Origin: an uncultured Gammaproteobacteria bacterium
GTDB lineage: Bacteria > Patescibacteriota > Microgenomatia > Levybacterales > GWA1-39-11
Length of the DNA: 64,000 nucleotides
Direction: 5' to 3'
NCBI GenBank assembly: GCA_964425075.1
Contig: CAYRKM010000001.1
Coordinates: 601,827 to 665,826 of the forward strand
Shown here: piece by piece, positions 57,476 through 64,000 of the stretch
Layout of the letters: each line of letters starts with the position of its first letter
How positions within the stretch are numbered: the first letter of the stretch is position 1
The notes under the pieces: generated by a model
What the model was told of the DNA's origin: nothing
What the model saw: the letters and a program-made list of their open reading frames with translations, nothing else
Database searches by the model: none
Translations under genes and position numbers: made by a program

Positions 57476-59686
57476 TTATTTAAGTTTTATCTGTTTTCCT
57501 GGTTTAAGAAATTGCTTTGAAATTTTCTCTACAACTTCATCCTTTACCCAATCAAACGATAAAAATGTAGCCAAATCAACAAGTTTACTACTGTTTTTGT
57601 CCCATCCAAACCCTACCCACTCTTTACATTTAGTGGAATATTTTTTCATGACTGCAAATGAATAGAGCTGTTTATATAGTTTTTCTGGATCATCGCGAGT
57701 ATCCATTCCAATAAAACAATATCCTAACGGCTTTTCATCAAGTACAAAAGAAAAACTTTCAAGTTTTTTCCCAGACGTAACTTTAGTTTTGAGAGATTCT
57801 ACGGATTTAACGAAATTTTCTCTTCCCTTATATCCAAGATCGAGTAATCTCATGGCACAATCTGTACTATAAGGAGTTCTGAGTTTAGTGATAGCTGATA
57901 AATAATCATCAAAGCCATCAGGTGATTGTTGACGAGGTTTGGTAGGATTTAAAGTTGTTTCATGCTTTTCAAAGATATATTTATCTACTTCTCCAGAAAC
58001 ACCAGAAAAACTCGCGGCGTTATATTGATCAAATTCGCCATCTTCAAAATAAATTCCTCTTGAGAAATACAGCCCGAGTAAGTCTATTTCATCAGCCATC
58101 AAATGAAAAGTCGTCTTTTCTATTGTCATTCTACGCGAAATGTAATGTAAAAATTGTTCAGGTGAGTCAATTATTTCCGTGATTGTACCAAGATCAGAAA
58201 GAGATACAGACCAAGGATATTTATTCTCTTCAAAAACTTTAAGGATAGAATTCGTATTCGAGAATCTCGTTGTAAAATTTTGGTAGCTATCTAGCGTAAC
58301 GCTTATTGGAAAAATCTTAGATATTTGTCGACTATCTACTACAATTTCTCCCTTTTCTACCTTGATTTTTACTGGCTTACCAGCCTCTAGGTAATTTTTA
58401 GCTTTTATTGCCTGGTCGAATGCACTTCGTATTCCTTTTGAAATATCACTTTTGATTGCTTCTATATTCATGCCTATTAATGATTCATGTTGCATCCGCT
58501 TTGTCTTATCTTGAAAGACCAAAACATATCTATCAAAAAGAACTAACACATCACACATTTCCGTACCATCTGGGTATTCAGGATTTAGAAAAATACAGTC
58601 TTTTGGAAATATTCTTTCAAGATATTCGGCTGTTTTCTCTTCGAGAGAGTTGGCGTAGGTTTTTGATCCACCTGAGTTCCAATATTGGCTATCTCCAATC
58701 AAATCATAGTAAAACGTATGATATAGAACTTCATAAAATAATGAAGGTATTGGAACATAATATTTTCCACCACGCCCAATAATTGGTTTTTCGTAGAGGG
58801 TGTTGTAGTCCCAAGGTGCAAGTTTTGCTTCTTCAAATGAATTGGGAAATCTTGGATTTTTGTATCCGAAATTTTGGCTCAGCCTAGATAAGAAAGCTTT
58901 GCAGATATCTTCTGGGAATCCTGAAAATGATACAAGCTCTTTCAACGAAAAAGAAAGAATTCGATCAGATTCTCCAAAAAAGTAGTAACAACCAACTCGC
59001 GTTATATATTTTTTCTCATCAAAAAGTGGATCGCTACTTTCTGGATGATCTTTTACATATTTCTTTGCTTTTTTGAGACTTAATTCTTTCTCAAGATTAA
59101 CTCTATCGTTATATTCTGAAATAATTGATTCGCTTATGCTTAGTGCCTCAGCGATAGTAAAGCCAAGCCTTTCCTTAAACCATTTATCATGAGTAGAGTA
59201 TAGACTAACTAATATATCTCTCAGTTGATGTTGGTATGATTCTCCTCGAACATAAAATGAAAATAACTTAGCACTTTTAAGAATAGCTTCAATTTCTTTG
59301 TCCTCTTCCTTTTCTATTAAGCTACCTGATGTGAGAAGGTCAGTCGTAATACTTTTTAGATATCTTTCAAGTGCTTTCTCTACAATCTCCAAATCCCCTC
59401 CATCTACTAATGATTTTGGGGCTATCGGGTAATCCTGGGAAAGATACAGTCCAGCAAGAAATTCTGACTTTCTGAGCCATTCTTCCTGTTCTGAATCTTC
59501 ACCATGAAATTCGTTTTCTGGAACTAATAAATATGTGAGATGAATTTGGCTCAGTAACTTAATCGGGTCGTATTTAGACAAAGTTTCTATTAGTTCCTTG
59601 AATGAAGTTTCAATTTCTTGGAGATTGTCTTTATTTACATCCGTAAGTTTTTTAGTAAATGCCTGTTGTTTTGGTAGTTTCTTCAT
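57476..59686 (-). CDS. Large protein with NERD/PD-(D/E)xK-like nuclease motif
   Basis: LEE..EMCDVLVLFDRYVLVFQDK..AFDQA. Confidence 0.65.
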   Translation of the reverse strand: MKKLPKQQAFTKKLTDVNKDNLQEIETSFKELIETLSKYDPIKLLSQIHLTYLLVPENEFHGEDSEQEEWLRKSEFLAGLYLSQDYPIAPKSLVDGGDLEIVEKALERYLKSITTDLLTSGSLIEKEEDKEIEAILKSAKLFSFYVRGESYQHQLRDILVSLYSTHDKWFKERLGFTIAEALSISESIISEYNDRVNLEKELSLKKAKKYVKDHPESSDPLFDEKKYITRVGCYYFFGESDRILSFSLKELVSFSGFPEDICKAFLSRLSQNFGYKNPRFPNSFEEAKLAPWDYNTLYEKPIIGRGGKYYVPIPSLFYEVLYHTFYYDLIGDSQYWNSGGSKTYANSLEEKTAEYLERIFPKDCIFLNPEYPDGTEMCDVLVLFDRYVLVFQDKTKRMQHESLIGMNIEAIKSDISKGIRSAFDQAIKAKNYLEAGKPVKIKVEKGEIVVDSRQISKIFPISVTLDSYQNFTTRFSNTNSILKVFEENKYPWSVSLSDLGTITEIIDSPEQFLHYISRRMTIEKTTFHLMADEIDLLGLYFSRGIYFEDGEFDQYNAASFSGVSGEVDKYIFEKHETTLNPTKPRQQSPDGFDDYLSAITKLRTPYSTDCAMRLLDLGYKGRENFVKSVESLKTKVTSGKKLESFSFVLDEKPLGYCFIGMDTRDDPEKLYKQLYSFAVMKKYSTKCKEWVGFGWDKNSSKLVDLATFLSFDWVKDEVVEKISKQFLKPGKQIKLK

Positions 59687-61350
59687 AATTCAATTGATTT
59701 TCCGTCTTTACCGCTAACCGTCATCTTTATATCAGATTTCTTTTTCGGATACTTCTTGAGAAATTCCTGATTTTCACTCACTAAGTAAACTGTGTAGTAA
59801 TCAGATCCATCTTGTCTCTTTAAATCCCTACCATGAAGCAATCCTTCTTTCATTAATTTACGAACAGATGATGGGTGAACTCCATGATTGGACTTTATCT
59901 GCCAACTCTCAAACCAATTACTTTTGTCATCATATCTGGGTGTTAATGATGGAATAACGCCTTCTTGAATGTTTCTCCAGCAATCTTTGCATCGTGTTCC
60001 GTCCAAATTCCACCACATTTCATTACCATAGTAGTGTTCACCACAAATAGTACATGTAAGTGGGCCTTCACTGGCTTCAAGGAAGAACCCTTCTGGTTCC
60101 TTTTCAAGTCTTCGCTTTCTCATATTCTCAATTCCTGCATACTTCCCAGTCATTCGCCCAAGTTGGACTAAGTTGTTTGAAGCGTACTTCTGGCGTTTTT
60201 CTTCATCAATTTTTGGTTTGGGCTTGGGCTCATCTGTTTTTCCAGCAAGTTTGAGCATATCTTCTTCTCGTTCATATCCTTTCAGTCGTCCCTCAAGATA
60301 TCCAAGTCGGTACATGACGCTATTGGATAATAACCGCCAATTAGTGTTTTCCAGAGCACCCTTAATCAGTTTTTCTAGTTCAGAAACGCTTACTCTGTCT
60401 CTCCGCGTGGAATCGTTGTCCTGAAGCGTAAAGGGAACAATGACATATTGACCAATCTCTGGTTTCTCAAATGAGAGTTTGGCGTATTTGGCTTTTTCGA
60501 GTGGTTCTAATAATAGTTTTTCCAGGTCTACAATGGTTGTTCTCTTTAGTTTAGTAACTCGCTCATAAACAGGGTTATCATACTTTTGCATCTCTTCTTC
60601 ATGAACAACATTAGCAACTTCCATAGCTTCAAGTGTTTCAACGTATTCTTTGCCTTCTTTGTCTGACAAACAAAATTCTACTCGGTACTTTTCAAGAAGT
60701 TTTTTACCTTCTTCTTCCTTTTTATCTTGTTCTTCTTGCCATTTCTTGTGCTCTTCATCGTGCTTGCTAAGATCTTCCACTTCAGTTTTTGAGAAGCCAC
60801 AAACTTTGCACTTATGCTTCCAAGTAATGGCTTTGCCTTTTCGAGTAGCCTTTATATCTATTCCTTTCTTGCACTTGGGACAAAGATCAGGTTTTGAAAC
60901 TCGTATTTCACCATCATCGAATACCCATTGTTGTTTATCGCAGTTGTTACACTTAAAAAGAAACATCATCCTTAGAATTGGACTATCGTATGAGTATTCA
61001 AGATGCTTTGAAGAGTTAAAAGACATTGAACCAACGCAGAAGGGACAAACAATTCCTTCTGGAGCGGGAGTAAGATCCTGTTTGTCTTGTTTTAGCTTAT
61101 CTTCCTCAATCCATTTCTGGATGGTTTCTTGTCTTTTCTCATATCTTTTTCCTTTTATAACAAAAAGTGTTCGATGGAGCATGAGATTTGAATCTTTTAA
61201 TTTGTCTTCTTGGGAAAGATGTTTAAGATCTTCGCTAACTAAGATTTTTTGATAAATATCTTGAAACATTTTTACATTATCAAGGCATTCTTCAATGGTG
61301 TGAAGGTCGTAACGATTTATATAGTGTTGTTCATCACGAAGATACTGCAT
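59683..61350 (-). CDS. Multi-zinc-finger hypothetical protein
   Basis: Six CxxC motifs (CPFC, CNNC, CPKC, CKVC, CTIC, CKDC) and a possible C-terminal winged HTH. Confidence 0.7.
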   Translation of the reverse strand: MQYLRDEQHYINRYDLHTIEECLDNVKMFQDIYQKILVSEDLKHLSQEDKLKDSNLMLHRTLFVIKGKRYEKRQETIQKWIEEDKLKQDKQDLTPAPEGIVCPFCVGSMSFNSSKHLEYSYDSPILRMMFLFKCNNCDKQQWVFDDGEIRVSKPDLCPKCKKGIDIKATRKGKAITWKHKCKVCGFSKTEVEDLSKHDEEHKKWQEEQDKKEEEGKKLLEKYRVEFCLSDKEGKEYVETLEAMEVANVVHEEEMQKYDNPVYERVTKLKRTTIVDLEKLLLEPLEKAKYAKLSFEKPEIGQYVIVPFTLQDNDSTRRDRVSVSELEKLIKGALENTNWRLLSNSVMYRLGYLEGRLKGYEREEDMLKLAGKTDEPKPKPKIDEEKRQKYASNNLVQLGRMTGKYAGIENMRKRRLEKEPEGFFLEASEGPLTCTICGEHYYGNEMWWNLDGTRCKDCWRNIQEGVIPSLTPRYDDKSNWFESWQIKSNHGVHPSSVRKLMKEGLLHGRDLKRQDGSDYYTVYLVSENQEFLKKYPKKKSDIKMTVSGKDGKSIEL

Positions 61351-64000
61351 TGTATTTTTCGTAAATCTCCCTCAGTCGAAGATTTCGGTGTTCAGCATAA
61401 AACACACATATTTGATTAGCAAGATCCTTTACTTCTTTCTCTTTTTTGCCTACGTTGTACAAAAAGGTAATAATTTCCACAATATTTTCCCATTTGTAGT
61501 CAGGTATTAACTCTTCTGCACCTTCAAGCATTTTGAGAAAAAGCAAACCGATATATTTGGCCGTTTTTTGTTGATCACCCTTATTCTTAATATCGTTTAG
61601 ATATTCAATGAAGTATGGTGAGTCAAAATCCACAGTTACAAATGGAGCGGAGATAAGTAACCTTTTATATCCTATTTCATCTAAGTTAGAAAGATAAATA
61701 GAAAACTTACCCATTTCACTTAACACTTTTTTATCATCTTCTGTTAAAGGCTTCTTCTTGCTAAATATGTCAAGAATATAATCCCAGAATGTGATAATTC
61801 TTGATTTAAATTCTGACTGTTCTTTCTGGACAGCTTCGTCCTTGCTTTTCTCAAAGATTATATAGTCTTTTTGATGCCACAGGAATTCAACTACCTGGCG
61901 AAGGTATACTGAGTCCTCTGTGGCAATAATTGTATCCATCAGGCTATCGCTTCCAAGCTTTTCATCTCCTCTTACATAGCCAACCGTTATGTGCTGAATA
62001 AGACGCTCTTGAATTCTTTTATCTTCAAAATTCACAGCAAGAGCTTTTTCATAAGCCTTTACTAACAATTTGTATAGCTTTTCATAAACTTTGCCAGTGA
62101 ATAAATACCCCTCCATGAATGTTTCAAACTTTTTATCTTCTAGGGTATGGATACTTTTTGACTTATTTTCAGCCCATTCTTTGTCGATGTAATGGAGGTT
62201 TGGTAGATACTGTCCCAATAATGTATATGCTTCCAAGATGTCTTGCTCTAAAGCTTTTTCAAAGTTACCTTTCAAAGATTTACTCCATTTTGAGGTTTTT
62301 TTCTCTTTGTTTTTGTCACTTAATCTTGCTTCTCTAAGACCTAAGTAAATAATAGCTATGAGCATTTTCCCCCAACTCGAGTTTAAGGCGTGATCAACCC
62401 CTGCGCCTTTGTATGTTTCATTATCATAAGGCAACTTATCAACAATAATATCAATGACCTTTTCTATGTCAGTATGTAGGGATTCATTAAAACTCCAGTC
62501 ATCAGCTCTGCAACCCTCCCGTATCAGATCTCCAATTGCTGAAAGTGTCCAAGCGTAATAATTTTGATGGCGTAATTTATCTTCTTCTGGAGGTTTCCAA
62601 AACCAGTCTTCTTGCAGCAGTTCAAGCGTAAATTTTATTACTTTATCCCAAGAAATATCTTTATGCTGTTTCCAGGCTTCCTCCAAGCCATTATAGAGAC
62701 TTAATAACAAGTGGTAGTCCTTAGTTTTAAAGGGAAATATATTCTGAGTAAATTTATTGGGATCAAGCTCTACAGCAGATTGCAATGTACTATATATTCC
62801 ATCCGGTGAAAAATTCGAGAATTGTCCTGAAGGTTTGTATTCTGCAACATACTTTACTATCCCGTCATTTTCTTTTGTCAAAAATTCTTCAGCCGAAACC
62901 GGTGACTTATCAAATTCCTCCTTAAATATTACTCCATCGTTGTATTCAGGCAATCTTACTTCCCGCTTAGTTACTTTCTTAATTTCTTCATACCTAGACT
63001 TAAACTCAGGATTTGTGTCAAGAATTTTATATAAGCTTTGTTTCCAATAAAGTTTATATTCTTCTTTCTTATTGTCTGGCAGCTCATCAGAAGGGCCTTT
63101 ATCAATTATTCTTTCGAGTTTATTTTTTTGTTTTTGTGTCAATTCGTTTGAATGTTCCCTTAGAAGGTGCGCAAGTTCCGGCTTAAATGCATCTCTATCA
63201 AAATATTTCTCTTTGTTGTCATCTAAAATAAGGTCGAAATACTTACTAAAATTTTTCCAATCCATAGAAATAAGTACTATTGCCAGACGTTTGAAAAGGG
63301 TATGGGGATATTCATCGCTTAAGAACCTATCAATAACTTCCATGCCTTCTTTCTTACTATGTTTTACCTTTTCTATTGCAATCTGACGGAGTATTATGGC
63401 AAGAAAGTGTTCAGGATTATAAATCGATTTTGTTTGATCTTTAGTCAAATCCCTAAGCCAAATATAAGAATAGTCATCAGTTTTATATTTCTTATTAAAA
63501 ATCCTCCGTATCTTGTTTGAGAGATTAAAAATAGGTTCGTTTGTGCATTTTTGTGCAATAAGCTGCGAATTATTTTTAGCAATAAAGCTTTCTTCAAGCC
63601 AATGAGTATCAATTTTTGTTTCTACGTCTATTGTGTCGCCGAGCGTGCTTTTTTTAACTTTTAAATCTTTAACATCAAGTAAAGCATCGACAAGTCTTTC
63701 AACCTTTTTAACATCTTCCGGATTATTAATTTGATTAAGATATGATGGCAATAGATCATCAGTTAGATCTGCACCAGGCAAAGTAAGGTTAAATTTAGAA
63801 TCAAGCCACACTGGCAGTGCTTGGTTAAATATTTTGTATGGAACTTTTGACAGAGGAATGTTAAGTAAGATTTTTACGAAATACCACCAAGTTCTGTAAT
63901 TATCTATGTGTGCGCCATTTTTTTTGTATAGCGATACCTCATCAATTATTTTTAGTAATTCATCATCAAGCTTCCTATACTTAACAGATAGTTTTTCAAG
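61334..64000 (-). CDS. Large alpha-helical protein, 5'-partial (possibly the C-terminal region of a SIR2/STAND-type defence protein)
   Basis: Frame stays open from 63811 to the window end; no catalytic motif in the visible part. Confidence 0.65.
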   Translation of the reverse strand, partial: LEKLSVKYRKLDDELLKIIDEVSLYKKNGAHIDNYRTWWYFVKILLNIPLSKVPYKIFNQALPVWLDSKFNLTLPGADLTDDLLPSYLNQINNPEDVKKVERLVDALLDVKDLKVKKSTLGDTIDVETKIDTHWLEESFIAKNNSQLIAQKCTNEPIFNLSNKIRRIFNKKYKTDDYSYIWLRDLTKDQTKSIYNPEHFLAIILRQIAIEKVKHSKKEGMEVIDRFLSDEYPHTLFKRLAIVLISMDWKNFSKYFDLILDDNKEKYFDRDAFKPELAHLLREHSNELTQKQKNKLERIIDKGPSDELPDNKKEEYKLYWKQSLYKILDTNPEFKSRYEEIKKVTKREVRLPEYNDGVIFKEEFDKSPVSAEEFLTKENDGIVKYVAEYKPSGQFSNFSPDGIYSTLQSAVELDPNKFTQNIFPFKTKDYHLLLSLYNGLEEAWKQHKDISWDKVIKFTLELLQEDWFWKPPEEDKLRHQNYYAWTLSAIGDLIREGCRADDWSFNESLHTDIEKVIDIIVDKLPYDNETYKGAGVDHALNSSWGKMLIAIIYLGLREARLSDKNKEKKTSKWSKSLKGNFEKALEQDILEAYTLLGQYLPNLHYIDKEWAENKSKSIHTLEDKKFETFMEGYLFTGKVYEKLYKLLVKAYEKALAVNFEDKRIQERLIQHITVGYVRGDEKLGSDSLMDTIIATEDSVYLRQVVEFLWHQKDYIIFEKSKDEAVQKEQSEFKSRIITFWDYILDIFSKKKPLTEDDKKVLSEMGKFSIYLSNLDEIGYKRLLISAPFVTVDFDSPYFIEYLNDIKNKGDQQKTAKYIGLLFLKMLEGAEELIPDYKWENIVEIITFLYNVGKKEKEVKDLANQICVFYAEHRNLRLREIYEKYNAVSS

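Larger units (their letters stand above)
53724..64000. mobile_element. Integrative element C (left part; continues past the window)
   Basis: Begins at tRNA-Glu-like fragments; shares the 44-bp motif and the TGATATA pair with element B; accessory gene content. Confidence 0.65.

Noticed and set aside
112-63386. Numerous 60-200 aa ORFs antisense to or nested in long genes (e.g. 1519-1851, 24023-24496, 46464-46880, 60650-61252)
   Set aside because: Shadow frames of well-supported genes, with no motifs of their own

Overview
AT-rich bacterial DNA that looks like a Patescibacteria/CPR genome (Microgenomates-like). This is inferred from compact, mostly leaderless genes, a short non-discriminating AspRS and an archaeal-type CoaD fusion. 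Housekeeping blocks at 1-15.5 kb (secF, CCA enzyme, recJ, aspS, gltX, dgkA, MFS) and 49.5-53.6 kb (tRNA-Gln, lon, coaD fusion) flank related integrative elements. Elements A (~15.5-22.6 kb, left end lost) and B (~22.6-49.5 kb) lie in tandem downstream of tRNA-Gln(CTG). They share the order terminase large subunit, XRE regulator, membrane protein, short large serine recombinase, and no portal, capsid, tail or conjugation genes are recognisable. B also has a ParB-methylase, a second methylase and a TerS-like gene. A carries a dual-methylase/HNH restriction module. B carries a helicase-nuclease and a 15-kb copper island with four palindromic operators and a BlaI/M56 pair whose sensor has a His/Cys/Met tail. 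Element C starts at tRNA-Glu 3' fragments (~53.7 kb), shares a 44-bp end motif with B and holds defence-like cargo. Other signals: an unannotated leader-peptide attenuator at 5350-5505, an in-frame acyltransferase-terminase chimera, two related two-hairpin miniature elements, and a 60-bp coding tandem repeat in the CCA enzyme. All calls were made by eye, with no database searches.
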